A stretch of DNA of 64,000 nucleotides from an uncultured archaeon (GTDB taxonomy: Archaea > Aenigmatarchaeota > Aenigmatarchaeia > QMZP01 > JAFGSV01): positions 3,985-67,984 of the forward strand of contig CAZLFZ010000001.1 in assembly GCA_964559215.1 (NCBI GenBank), read 5' to 3'. Below are positions 47,203 to 57,032 of this stretch, in pieces. Each line of letters starts with the position of its first letter. Within the stretch, counting starts at the first letter, position 1. The position numbers and the translations under genes were made by a program. The notes under the pieces are model-generated. The model saw only the letters and a program-made list of their open reading frames with translations, ran no database searches and had not been told where the DNA came from.

Positions 47203-48050
47203 TTCTCATGGATGTTACGACTGAACCGAAAAGGGGGGGAATTCAGCAACTGGTCAAACTTGCCCTGGAAGAGGACATCGGCTCCGGGGACATAACGACG
47301 GACGCGGTCATACCGGCTGATATGAGGGCGCATGCCGTACTGTTCGCAAAGGAGGACTGCGTAATATGCGGCCTTGATGTCGCCAAGCTTGTTTTTCTGC
47401 AACTGGATAAGGAAGCGGAATTCAAAAAAACGGTCGAAGACGGTGACGCGGTAAAATCGGGCCAGGTGCTGGCAGCGGTAACAGGCAACGCAAGGACCCT
47501 GCTGGGCGGCGAAAGGACCGCGCTGAACTTCATGCAGAGGCTGAGCGGGATAGCCACGAAAACGCGGGAGTATGCGGAAAAAATAAAAGACTACGATGTC
47601 AAGCTGCTCGACACACGAAAAACGACGCCGTGCATGAGGGTGCTGGAAAAGTATGCCGTCAGGACTGGCGGGGGCGGCAATCACAGGTTCGGCTTGTACG
47701 ATGCGGTTCTGATAAAGGACAATCACATCAAATTGACAGGACTGGAGAATGCCGTTGCTAAAGCCAAAAAAACCGGCAAGAAAGTTGAAGTGGAGGCCTG
47801 TACCCTGAACGAGGTGAAAAGTGCTGTGAAAGCAGGATCCGACATCATAATGCTTGACAACATGTCTATTGACGACATTGAAAGGGCAATAAAGATTATA
47901 GATAAAAAGGCTGTAATAGAGGTTTCTGGCGGTGTGAATGGCAAAGACATTGTAAAAATAGCCAGGCTGGGTGTTGACTGGATTTCCGTTGGCAGGCTGA
48001 CGCACTCCGTAAGGTCTGTGGAAATCGGTATGGATATCGTGGATGAATAG
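47199..48050 (+). CDS. nadC: Nicotinate-nucleotide pyrophosphorylase [carboxylating] (quinolinate phosphoribosyltransferase)
   Basis: 283 aa. 'LLDTRKTTPCMRVLEKYAVRTGGGGNHRFGLYDAVLIKDNH' is the conserved QPRTase core. Confidence 0.7.
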   Translation: MILMDVTTEPKRGGIQQLVKLALEEDIGSGDITTDAVIPADMRAHAVLFAKEDCVICGLDVAKLVFLQLDKEAEFKKTVEDGDAVKSGQVLAAVTGNARTLLGGERTALNFMQRLSGIATKTREYAEKIKDYDVKLLDTRKTTPCMRVLEKYAVRTGGGGNHRFGLYDAVLIKDNHIKLTGLENAVAKAKKTGKKVEVEACTLNEVKSAVKAGSDIIMLDNMSIDDIERAIKIIDKKAVIEVSGGVNGKDIVKIARLGVDWISVGRLTHSVRSVEIGMDIVDE

Positions 48051-48096
48051 CTCCTGCAACGAGAATGTGAAGAGTATAGAGAGAGATGGCTGGGTT

Positions 48097-49032
48097 TCAG
48101 ATTCTGCCGCTCAGTAACTCTCTTAGCCCTTCTTTCAGGCTGATAGTTGCTTTAAATCCCAACAACTCCTCAGCCAGCCTGGTGTCAGCCAGAGAATCCT
48201 TGATGTCCCCTTTCCTTTGCGGCTTGTAGACAACCTTGAGGCCTTTGCCTGATATCTTTTCCAGTATCCTTATCATTTCGTTGAGCGAAACCGACTTCCC
48301 TGTCCCGACATTTATCGCCTTTCCCACTGCTTTTTTCGATGTCGCCGCAAGCACGTTCGCCCTCACCACGTCCCTGACATCGACAAAGTCCCTTGTCTGC
48401 TTGCCGTCGCCGAACACCGTGACTTTCCTGCTATCTTTCATGTTCTTGGTGAAAATTGAAATCACGCCAGAATATGGGCTGTCAGAATTCTGCCTCGGGC
48501 CGTACACGTTGAAATATCGCAGGGAGACGGTTTCCAGGCCGTAGAGCTGGTTATAGAGCTTGACGTAGGATTCCCCTGCCATTTTCGACACCGCGTAAGG
48601 AGACACCGGATTCAGGCGCCGCTCTTCGGTTATGGAGATTCTTCCCGTGTCCCCGTAAATGGCCGAAGACGATGCGAAAACTATTCGGCTCACGTCATGC
48701 AGTCTGCAAGCCTCGAGAACGTTCAAGGTTCCCCCTATGTTTATATCGGAGTCCATTATCGGGTCTTCTATGGAGGCTTGGATTTGAACATTAGCCGCTT
48801 CGTGAAAGACTACATCCGTGCCTTTTAAGGATGCTGCTACAGTTTCTGCGTTTCTCACATCGCCCCTTATTACCCGTATTTTGTTCCTTATGTGTTGCAG
48901 GTTCTCTATCTTGCCTGCGGAGAGGTTATCAAGAACATTTACCTCATTTCCTTCTGCTAGTGTTTCCGCTAGCCAGGAGCCGATAAAGCCGGCCCCCCCT
49001 GTTACGACTATGTTCCTGTTAGCCAAAGTCAT
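48097..49032 (-). CDS. NAD-dependent epimerase/dehydratase (UDP-GlcNAc/UDP-Glc 4-epimerase-like)
   Basis: '[18 protein letters not shown]' and 'YAVSKMAGE' (YxxxK). Start moved to the ATG at 49032. Confidence 0.65.
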   Translation of the reverse strand: MTLANRNIVVTGGAGFIGSWLAETLAEGNEVNVLDNLSAGKIENLQHIRNKIRVIRGDVRNAETVAASLKGTDVVFHEAANVQIQASIEDPIMDSDINIGGTLNVLEACRLHDVSRIVFASSSAIYGDTGRISITEERRLNPVSPYAVSKMAGESYVKLYNQLYGLETVSLRYFNVYGPRQNSDSPYSGVISIFTKNMKDSRKVTVFGDGKQTRDFVDVRDVVRANVLAATSKKAVGKAINVGTGKSVSLNEMIRILEKISGKGLKVVYKPQRKGDIKDSLADTRLAEELLGFKATISLKEGLRELLSGRI

Positions 49033-49063
49033 AAATTTAATAACCATCCGGTAAAATAAATAA

Positions 49064-49411
49064 GTGAGGGTTATGCATTTCTCTATTGACGAATTCGAGC
49101 GTGTCGGCAGGGTTGTCAAAAAGACCGACGTTTACACCATTCTTGACGTCTCGCTCCTTGAAAACCTCGTTGTATCAATGACCATTCTGCATCATGGACA
49201 TGAAACCTCAGGCCATTCCCACAGCGAGGCAGACGAGGTGTATTTTTTCGTTGATGGCAACGGTAGAATGCAGCTTGATGAAGAAAAAATTGACGTCAAG
49301 GCCAAAGATATAGTTTTGATTCCAAGAGGCAAATTCCACAAGGTTTTCAACGAATCGAAGAATGATCTGGTCTTCGTGTGCGTTTTCGAAAAATACGGGG
49401 ACAGGGCCTAA
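49064..49411 (+). CDS. Cupin-domain protein (sugar isomerase/epimerase-like cupin_2)
   Basis: 'HHGHETSGHSHSEADEVYFFVDGNG' metal-binding His cluster in a two-motif cupin arrangement. 115 aa. Confidence 0.5.
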   Translation: MRVMHFSIDEFERVGRVVKKTDVYTILDVSLLENLVVSMTILHHGHETSGHSHSEADEVYFFVDGNGRMQLDEEKIDVKAKDIVLIPRGKFHKVFNESKNDLVFVCVFEKYGDRA

Positions 49412-50163
49412 TTTTTTTCCTTGTAGACCTCGTTGGCCTCTTTGTAGCTTTCCATGCTCCCTATGTCAAACCATTTGCTGTTCCCGTTGAAAACAAATCC
49501 CTGCACAGCCATCTGCTTGGCCAGCCATGAAATGAAAAATCCAGGAGCGTCTGCGTTGTTTTTCCCGTTCAGGTACTCGTAAATCATCTCGACTGCTTTT
49601 TTTGGAAAAAAGTAGCAGCCCGTGCTGATCAGGGTGGATGGCGGATGTTCCGGCTTTTCATGGAATTCTTTTATGATGTCTTTCTCGTCAAGAACGACAA
49701 CCCCGTATTTTTTCTTTATCTTTTCCTTGTCTTCAATGTCATACAGCGCAACCACCGGAAAACCGTTATCCTTCCCATCAATGAATTTTTTCATGTCAAA
49801 ATCAAACAGGTTGTCGCCGGCGACAACGATTATATCCTCGCTGATGCCTTTTTTTCTGAGCAAAAAGCCTAGAGCCCCTACGGCGCCCAGTTTGTCCTCT
49901 TCGCACGTTGTTGGCTCCGCCACGATCTCCAGTTCTTTTCCGAATTTTGCCCCAGCCAACCATTGCCTGAACTGGGGCTCAAATCGCTGATTTACCGATA
50001 TGTAAACCTTGTCGATTTCTTCTATATCGCCCAGCTTTTCCAGTATGTGCTCTATTATAGGCCTTCCAGCCACGGAAAGCAGTGGCTTGGGCCTGTCGTG
50101 TGTAAGAGGCCACAGCCTCCTTGCAAATCCACCTGCCAGTACTACTGCCTGCATTTTCACCAC
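49408..50163 (-). CDS. Sugar-1-phosphate nucleotidyltransferase (short-form NTP-transferase)
   Basis: 'MQAVVLAGGFARRLWPLTHDRPKPLL' G-x-G-x-R-L signature. 251 aa. Confidence 0.6.
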   Translation of the reverse strand: MVKMQAVVLAGGFARRLWPLTHDRPKPLLSVAGRPIIEHILEKLGDIEEIDKVYISVNQRFEPQFRQWLAGAKFGKELEIVAEPTTCEEDKLGAVGALGFLLRKKGISEDIIVVAGDNLFDFDMKKFIDGKDNGFPVVALYDIEDKEKIKKKYGVVVLDEKDIIKEFHEKPEHPPSTLISTGCYFFPKKAVEMIYEYLNGKNNADAPGFFISWLAKQMAVQGFVFNGNSKWFDIGSMESYKEANEVYKEKN

Positions 50164-50230
50164 TTTTCCTATTTATTAGTGACAAATTTAAATACCTTAA
50201 ATTGAATACAGATTTAAGTATTTAAAAGCT

Positions 50231-50246
50231 TGCTTTAAAATATTTA
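50231..50246 (+). promoter_or_regulatory. TATA-box-like element upstream of rpl10e
   Basis: 'tgctttaaaatattta' about 25 nt upstream of the ATG at 50271. Confidence 0.35.
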
Positions 50247-50270
50247 CTCTTATACCCAATGGTGATCGTT

Positions 50271-50786
50271 ATGGCGCTCAGACCGGCAAAATGCTACAGC
50301 AAACTGGAAAGGCCCAATACCAGGGTCTCGCGACACAAGCCAAGGAAGTCCTACGTAAAGGGTGTTCCTTCCCCCAAAATCAGGTCGTTTGAAATAGGCA
50401 CGCCTAAGCCCGAATTCAAGTCCAGGATTTGCCTTGTTGCCAAAAATGGCGCCCAAATCCGGCACAACGCCCTTGAAGCGGCCAGGGTCTCCACCAACAA
50501 GACGCTTGAAAGGGAGCTTGGGAAAGGGATGTACTTCTTCAAGGTTTTGGTTTACCCGCATCACATCCTCAGGGAAAATCCCATTGCAACAGGAGCGGGG
50601 GCCGACAGGTACCAGACCGGCATGAGGCTATCCTTCGGCAGACCCGTATCGACAGCCGCAAGGGTCAAACAGGGGCAACGCATCATTTTGGTCAGGGTGC
50701 CAGTCGGGAAGGAAGATGTGGCAAAACGGGCCCTCAAAATAGCCTCGTCAAAGCTGCCTGTCCCCTGCTCGATTCGGTTTAAATGA
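50271..50786 (+). CDS. rpl10e: 50S ribosomal protein L10e (uL16)
   Basis: 'MALRPAKCYSKLERPNTRVSRHKPRKSYVKGVP...ATGAGADRYQTGMRLSFGRP' is archaeal L10e. Confidence 0.8.
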   Translation: MALRPAKCYSKLERPNTRVSRHKPRKSYVKGVPSPKIRSFEIGTPKPEFKSRICLVAKNGAQIRHNALEAARVSTNKTLERELGKGMYFFKVLVYPHHILRENPIATGAGADRYQTGMRLSFGRPVSTAARVKQGQRIILVRVPVGKEDVAKRALKIASSKLPVPCSIRFK

Positions 50787-50851
50787 TCTTTGTTCGCTTG
50801 CATTTCTTAAAATTATAAATTTTAGCGGACAATAATCAACTGGGTGTTTTT

Positions 50852-53029
50852 TTGTACGTTGTAAAGCAGGAAGAGGCCAGCAGCCGGGAAGAGTTCGGCT
50901 ACAAGGCAGCGACCCTAGCGGATATGCAAAAGTCGGCCTTGCCCGTGCCCAAGGGGTTCGTAATATCCCCCAAAGCGCTGGAACTCTTTATTTCCAGGAA
51001 CGGTTTGGAGGACAAAATCCGGTCGGTAGCTGAGACTCCCGACAGGGGACTGTCCGGCTTGCAGGCAATCGAGCGTAACACCAGGGAGCTTTTTCTTAAC
51101 GCTTTCATACCGGATGAGATAAAAAAGGAGGTTCTGGCCGCCTACGAAAAACTTTCACTGTCGGATGAAGTCCGGCGCGCTGATACAGCCGCACTTGACC
51201 TTATAAAGGCCGGCCGGGACCACGAACGGGTGGCCGTGCGCTCTTCTGTGATAAGGGAGCCGGAAAACAGCTTTGCCGGTGTTACGAACACCTTTCTTAA
51301 CGTCAGCGGCGAGGACGAGTTGTGGAGATGCATAAAGCTCTGCTGGGCATCGCTGTTCTATCCCTATGCTCTGCTCTACAGCGAGAGAAGGGGCATATCC
51401 AGCTTGCCGCGGATGTCCGTACTAGTGCAAAGGATGGTAGAGGCTGAAAAAAGCGGTTCCATATTAACGAACTTCGGGAACGACAAAGTACTCGTGGAGG
51501 GGGCATGGGGCCTGGGAAATGCCGTGAGTTCTGGCATTGTCACGCCAGACGAGTACCTGCTGGACAAGAACGGTTCCCTGCTAGAGAAAAACATCAGCAA
51601 GAAATTGTGGATGTATGCCAGGGATCCCATGTCAGGGAAAACCGAAAAAGAGCATGTGCCGGGCTCCGAAATGGATGCACAGGTGCTCACGGACATTGAG
51701 CTGAAAAAGTTGTGCGAGCTGGCCGATAAAGTGCAAGGGTCTAAACCAGGACAGCATGTTGTGGACTGGTGTATATGGAGGAACAGGGCCTTTATACTTG
51801 ATGCCAAGCCGGGCAACTACGAAATCTCCATGGGGGAAGAGCAAGCCGGCGATGTACTGGTCACGGGCCGATGTGCATCTCAGGGGGCCGTAGCCGGCAA
51901 AATCGCCATTTTCCCCAGTGAAATAGAGGGTCGATTTGATGCTACTAACATAGTCGTGTCCGAAAGCCCTTCCATTTCAGTCCTTCTCTCTTTCCCTGAT
52001 ATCGCTGGTTATGTTACCAGTGATGGTGGAAGGCTGTGCAACTTTAGCATACTGGCCAGGGAACTGAAAATCCCGGCTTTGACCGCAACCCAGAATGCCA
52101 CATCAATCCTGCGTGAAGGGGATGGCGCTAAGGTGCTTGCGGAACAGGGAAAGGTCATCGCTGTTCCAGAAGAAGTCCCCGAAATCCAGGAAGGGGGCAT
52201 AAGCCCCGATTTCCCTCTTCCCATCGAGCCTATCGAAAAGGATGCCGCCATCCGTGAAAAACCGCTCAGCGGGACCAGGATATTCGCCAAGCTTTCTCCG
52301 GGGCGGATTGAAAAAATCGCTGGTGTGGATGGGTTCATCCTGTTAAATTCTGCCGGGGAGTCGGATCTTGTCCCACCTCCAGGCACTGATATTGAAAACA
52401 TGCAAGCCCTTTCGGATTCGCCAGTCTGGCTGCAATCCAAGGGCGAAAATGATTTTTCCATTTCCGTGGACATGGCTAAAAGACTGCATGATTCCGGATT
52501 TGCTGGCATTGGCGTGCTGATTCCGGTCACGAGGGGCGTTAATGACATTGAGAGGTGGAGATACCAGATACCGGCGAACGCGCGGCTCGGTGTTGAAATC
52601 AAAACACCGGCCATGGCCCTGGCAACCGGTTCCCTTCTAAAAGAGGGGATGAGCATGGTCAATCTCGAGCTCAAAAGCCTCGTCCAGCTTAGCATGGGCC
52701 TTGCCAGGCCTGACCAGGAGATACACCCTGCCGTTCTTGATTTGATAGCAAGCGTGACGGACAAGTGCAGGGAGATAGGAGCCAAGGTCTGCATAAGCGC
52801 GGAATCTGAGCATCTAACGCCTGAGAACATAGAGGCGATGATAAAGCGTGGCGTTGATGTTGTGTGCGTTGAGCCCGGCATGATCGATGATTTGAAGGAT
52901 GTCTTGTCAAGGGTGGAGAAAAAAATGCTGCTCGGCCACGGTGTCGTGAAAAAGGAACCTGAACCCCAGGACGACACCCAGCCAGCGCCAGAATCAGACG
53001 ATTTCAGTCACGCTTTTTCTTTGCCTTGA
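50852..53029 (+). CDS. PEP synthase (pyruvate, water dikinase)-like three-domain protein with Asn in place of the phospho-carrier His
   Basis: TTG-initiated 725-aa ORF. N-terminal PPDK-type nucleotide-binding domain ('ALPVPKGFVISP'). The mobile-domain box reads 'VTSDGGRLCNFSILARELKIPAL' against the canonical '[23 protein letters not shown]'. C-terminal PEP-utilizing barrel with 'GAKVCISAES'. Confidence 0.6.
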   Translation: MYVVKQEEASSREEFGYKAATLADMQKSALPVPKGFVISPKALELFISRNGLEDKIRSVAETPDRGLSGLQAIERNTRELFLNAFIPDEIKKEVLAAYEKLSLSDEVRRADTAALDLIKAGRDHERVAVRSSVIREPENSFAGVTNTFLNVSGEDELWRCIKLCWASLFYPYALLYSERRGISSLPRMSVLVQRMVEAEKSGSILTNFGNDKVLVEGAWGLGNAVSSGIVTPDEYLLDKNGSLLEKNISKKLWMYARDPMSGKTEKEHVPGSEMDAQVLTDIELKKLCELADKVQGSKPGQHVVDWCIWRNRAFILDAKPGNYEISMGEEQAGDVLVTGRCASQGAVAGKIAIFPSEIEGRFDATNIVVSESPSISVLLSFPDIAGYVTSDGGRLCNFSILARELKIPALTATQNATSILREGDGAKVLAEQGKVIAVPEEVPEIQEGGISPDFPLPIEPIEKDAAIREKPLSGTRIFAKLSPGRIEKIAGVDGFILLNSAGESDLVPPPGTDIENMQALSDSPVWLQSKGENDFSISVDMAKRLHDSGFAGIGVLIPVTRGVNDIERWRYQIPANARLGVEIKTPAMALATGSLLKEGMSMVNLELKSLVQLSMGLARPDQEIHPAVLDLIASVTDKCREIGAKVCISAESEHLTPENIEAMIKRGVDVVCVEPGMIDDLKDVLSRVEKKMLLGHGVVKKEPEPQDDTQPAPESDDFSHAFSLP

Positions 53030-54173
53030 GCCTTCGCTCGTGTTTTTCTACCGACTTCACGATATTGTCAGCTTCGGCCTTTGTGTTGCCTACTCCGGAT
53101 GTGTTGCCAACGCCCACTATTATGATCTTGTCGGACCTCTTGGTCCTGGATATGCTCCTTGAGATGGACTCCTTAACCTTGGGCAGGGAATCTATCATTT
53201 TCTTTCTCATGTGCTGTATGGCCTCCTCGGCCGACATCTTTACAACTATGCTGTCGATGGGTATGTTCTGACGAACCGCGGCGTCTTCTATGTAGCTTCT
53301 CTCCACGCCAGGGCCTCCCAAGGCCACGCCCACGCCCTCCGCTATGGAGCCGGTCTCTTCGCCTTCAAGCTTTGCAGCGGCGTCTATGCTTATTATCTTT
53401 GCTATCTTGTGCTTCTTCATCACATTTTCCACCGCCTTCCCAGGATATCCTACCCTGCCTCCGGGACCTCTCGCCCTCAGCAAAAACGCCTTTCTGCCGT
53501 CAATTGTCTTCTCTGCGAGTATTATGTCCTCCTCTATCTCGCGTGTTGGCTGGTCGCCTGCGAGTTTGGCTATTATCCATGGTCCTATGCCGTCCCCCAC
53601 GGGCTCCCCCCTTGCCAGGGACTTTGTCCCCTTGAAAAGGGCCTTGGCAATCCTCTCTATTAAAGGCAGCTGCATCTGGATAATCATGGCTATCTGGTAT
53701 GACTTTGTCTTCTTTATCATCTCCACATAGTGCCGGACTATCTTGGATATCATGTGCAACTCTATGCCGCCAGCCATGCCCATCTCTATGTTCGCCCTTC
53801 TCTCTTCGCCAAGATGCGGAGCAGCCTGGTCGACGAAATATTTGAACCGGGCCTTCTCGTTCTTTATCAGGTGGTCCATCTTACGCACGATTCCGTACGG
53901 GTCAAGGCTTACTGGCTCTATGATGAAAAACTCGAAAAACCTGTCCACACTGTCTTTTACTGTCTTTGTCGGCTTTTTGCTTATTTCACTGACAAGGAAT
54001 TTTCTGGACTGCGCAGACAACTGCTCCAGCCTCTTGGCGCTGCCCTCCAGACGCCACATTATCTGCGACAACATAATCCTGGGATAGAACATGAAAAAAA
54101 CCATGAAAAATATCAGCCACACTAGCCACGATACCAAGTCCCCTCCTTGACCTATGAACTGGTTCAGATACAT
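53004..54173 (-). CDS. Conserved archaeal hypothetical protein with N-terminal TM helix (DUF1512-like, tentative)
   Basis: 389 aa. N-terminal hydrophobic segment 'LVSWLVWLIFFMVFFMF'. Gly-rich 'GVGVALGGPGVERSYIEDAAV' and a basic C-terminus. Family name recalled from memory, not verified. Confidence 0.3.
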   Translation of the reverse strand: MYLNQFIGQGGDLVSWLVWLIFFMVFFMFYPRIMLSQIMWRLEGSAKRLEQLSAQSRKFLVSEISKKPTKTVKDSVDRFFEFFIIEPVSLDPYGIVRKMDHLIKNEKARFKYFVDQAAPHLGEERRANIEMGMAGGIELHMISKIVRHYVEMIKKTKSYQIAMIIQMQLPLIERIAKALFKGTKSLARGEPVGDGIGPWIIAKLAGDQPTREIEEDIILAEKTIDGRKAFLLRARGPGGRVGYPGKAVENVMKKHKIAKIISIDAAAKLEGEETGSIAEGVGVALGGPGVERSYIEDAAVRQNIPIDSIVVKMSAEEAIQHMRKKMIDSLPKVKESISRSISRTKRSDKIIIVGVGNTSGVGNTKAEADNIVKSVEKHERRLKAKKKRD

Positions 54174-54284
54174 AAATCCCCTTTCATTGCATTGCCCTTC
54201 TAATGCCTATATTATAGGTTATATAAATATATCCTATAAGTTTAAATTTTAACTTGTTAAAGTTAAATTGGATAGTGGTGTGAG

Positions 54285-54860
54285 ATGCAAAGAAAGGGTA
54301 TGCTTGAATGGAAAATTCTTGCAGCCATATTCGCGGTGCTGATAGTTTTATCGTCCGCGTTGGTCGGCTCTAGCGGAATCAAGGACTTTTTCCTTAATGC
54401 AACGGGAAATCTTGGCGACTGGATGCATGGGTCCCCGTTCGGGTCCCTCTTCTCTACACCACAGAAGGGCATGAATCATGTCGTGATAAAGCTGATGGCC
54501 GATAATGTGACACTGAATATAGAAACGCCCGTCAATGTTACCGCGGGCACAGCAAGCATTCTGAATTTCAAGGGGGCTGTGAGTTTAGATTTTCGCAAAA
54601 ATTCATCCACGTTCTTGCCAGCCGACTCGGATATCCGCCTCGATACGGAATTGGGCGGAACCACGATGCATGATGTGCGAATTTCCAAGCTCATACTCAA
54701 AAACATCGATTTCGTTGTAACCAGTGAAAAAACCAACATGACCGCGTCCGATGATAGCATAGAGATATACGATTTTAGTGGCGAGATCGCCGTTACAGAC
54801 CACGTGCTGCTGAGCGGCAACGTCAGCAAGGTCAAGGACGAGCAATGGTCAATCGGTTAG
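54285..54860 (+). CDS. Secreted/membrane-anchored hypothetical protein
   Basis: 191 aa with an N-terminal signal/anchor 'LEWKILAAIFAVLIVLSSALVGS'. No motif recognised. Confidence 0.3.
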   Translation: MQRKGMLEWKILAAIFAVLIVLSSALVGSSGIKDFFLNATGNLGDWMHGSPFGSLFSTPQKGMNHVVIKLMADNVTLNIETPVNVTAGTASILNFKGAVSLDFRKNSSTFLPADSDIRLDTELGGTTMHDVRISKLILKNIDFVVTSEKTNMTASDDSIEIYDFSGEIAVTDHVLLSGNVSKVKDEQWSIG

Positions 54861-55232
54861 TTTTAGTTTATATTCTTGTGTATGCATGCATTGGATTGGA
54901 ACGTGCCTGGATTGAAGATTTTTAAAGCTTTGGCATTAATTCATGCTCATGTATCGAGCTGAACCGGGGAAGAAAAGTGTAACTGTTCCGATCGGGTCGC
55001 CTCCCGCATCTGCCAACGGTTCGTATGCTGGAGAACCACACAGTCCTTTAGATCCGGGTTATGACACGTACTGGGATAACCCCGAGCTGCTTTCTCCTAT
55101 GCACATGGTTGGCACCAGGAGGCATAAAGACATTCCTGATTTCAGCAACAGATCATGGTTTTAGACATATGAGAGCGCACAGGGCGCGAATTCGAGAAAT
55201 TGTTCTTATGAATCTTTACTTTATGTTATTGG

Positions 55233-57032
55233 TCACTCATCTCTTCTCCTTTCCAAGGTCATTTCGATTATCCTCGCATAAGCGGGCCTAGTGATAAGAA
55301 TTCCTACCAGTATCCCTACGATCGTGGTGATCACGAAACCCCTGATGAACACACCAGCTGCGACAAAAAGCAAAGGCAACAGCGCCATTATCGTGGTAGT
55401 TGCGGCTGTGAATATTATGAAGAACGCCCTGCCTATCCTTTCCTTCAGGGAGTAGATTTTTTTCATGACCATTCTCCCTCCAAGGGTCTCGTCGGCTATC
55501 ACTATCATCTGGTCCACGCCAATCCCTATCGCGGCTATGATGCCGCCTATGGCAGGCAGGTCGATGTTCCAGCTCATCAGCCCAAGCAACGGTATCAAAA
55601 TGGCTCCTGCCCATGCGGAAACATCGGATTCATGCAACTTCCACCATACCATTGTTATTATCACCAGGTTCACAACAAGAACTCCCATCCACACAGGGCT
55701 GTCATTCATTGCGGATATTCCCAGTATAATGACCGCCTCGGACAAGCCTGTCAGGACCAGGGGTATCCCTATACGCAAACTTCTGTACCTGATGAAGACT
55801 ATGACAACTACCATTATCCCGGCAGCCATGGCTGCTAAAAGAGCGGATTGGATGAAGTTTGAGCCGAGCGTCGGCGATATGATGGAGATGGATGTTGTCT
55901 CCATACTGACCGGCAGGGCCCCTGACCTGAGAATGGTCTGCAGCCTCATCTTTTCCTCTGCGGCGTCCAGCCTTTTTTCCCTGCCTCCCTCTATCTGCGG
56001 CGTCTGATAAGCCTTTCCCCCAAGGCTTGATGATATTCGCAGGCTTGATTGCAGCTCCTTGTCCAGGTACAGGTATATGCTGCTGTCCTTCAGATAGTAT
56101 TCCCCGCTGTTCAGGTCCATCTGGCTGGGGATGCCTGACGTTACCTTGGCGAAGCGCTGCGCGCCATCGTTTGAAACCAGGATGGTGAAGTAAAACCTGA
56201 AGTAATCCCCGACGGGGACCATCCCTGAATGCTGTGGGTCCGTATAAATCAGCTCTATGTCCTCACCCCTGTACACCGTGGCCATGAGCAGAATCTTGTT
56301 GTTCGTGATATTCCCAAGCTCAAAATCTATGCCTTCAAGGATGAAAGAGCCGTTAGCAGGGACCCTTTTTCCGTCAACGGTCACTGTATCGTTCAGTACT
56401 TGCACGTCGTAATAATTAGAACCAAGCTGTATCCTGCCTTTTCCATCCCGCAGCTCAACCGGCTTTGATATCTTGGCTTCAAAAGAGCCCTTGGATGTCA
56501 GCAGCTCGTCCACGACCTTGGAGCCTATCCCTGTAGCCTCGATCTGCACGTACCAGCCTTGTGGCGACTCCACTGGGAAGAACTTTATCTCCTTGAGGCC
56601 GTATATGTTGATTCTGGTCTGCAGCGTTCCTATCACCTGTTCTATCGTGGAGCGTGTGGCGTTCTCCCTCGGCTTTAAGATTATTCTCGTGCCTCCCCGC
56701 AGGTCCAGGCCGAAGTCCAGGTTTAATCTCTCCAGTGCCTGGGCCTCTATTCCCAGCGACCGATTAACGAAAAAATTGTATTCGCGGCCGTCCACAACCA
56801 GCGTGACGGACCCGGTGATGTTGGCTGTGTATTTGGTCCACTCTTCCATGTTTTCGACGGAAAAGTCGTTCACCCTGGAAATCGCCATGCCCTGCTTAAG
56901 CTGGCCTGATGCAGGGGAGTCCCTGGTGACATAGACTATTTCGACGCCATGGCTCCTTGGCTTGAGACCTATCGCGAGGATGGAACCAAAGACTACCACC
57001 AACAGCAGCCACAATCTCCAGTATTTCAGCAT
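55233..57032 (-). CDS. secD: Protein-export membrane protein SecD
   Basis: 'GLDLRGGTRIILKP' SecD periplasmic-domain box. C-terminal 6-TM bundle. Start moved to the ATG at 57032, overlapping the secF stop. Confidence 0.7.
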   Translation of the reverse strand: MLKYWRLWLLLVVVFGSILAIGLKPRSHGVEIVYVTRDSPASGQLKQGMAISRVNDFSVENMEEWTKYTANITGSVTLVVDGREYNFFVNRSLGIEAQALERLNLDFGLDLRGGTRIILKPRENATRSTIEQVIGTLQTRINIYGLKEIKFFPVESPQGWYVQIEATGIGSKVVDELLTSKGSFEAKISKPVELRDGKGRIQLGSNYYDVQVLNDTVTVDGKRVPANGSFILEGIDFELGNITNNKILLMATVYRGEDIELIYTDPQHSGMVPVGDYFRFYFTILVSNDGAQRFAKVTSGIPSQMDLNSGEYYLKDSSIYLYLDKELQSSLRISSSLGGKAYQTPQIEGGREKRLDAAEEKMRLQTILRSGALPVSMETTSISIISPTLGSNFIQSALLAAMAAGIMVVVIVFIRYRSLRIGIPLVLTGLSEAVIILGISAMNDSPVWMGVLVVNLVIITMVWWKLHESDVSAWAGAILIPLLGLMSWNIDLPAIGGIIAAIGIGVDQMIVIADETLGGRMVMKKIYSLKERIGRAFFIIFTAATTTIMALLPLLFVAAGVFIRGFVITTIVGILVGILITRPAYARIIEMTLERRRDE

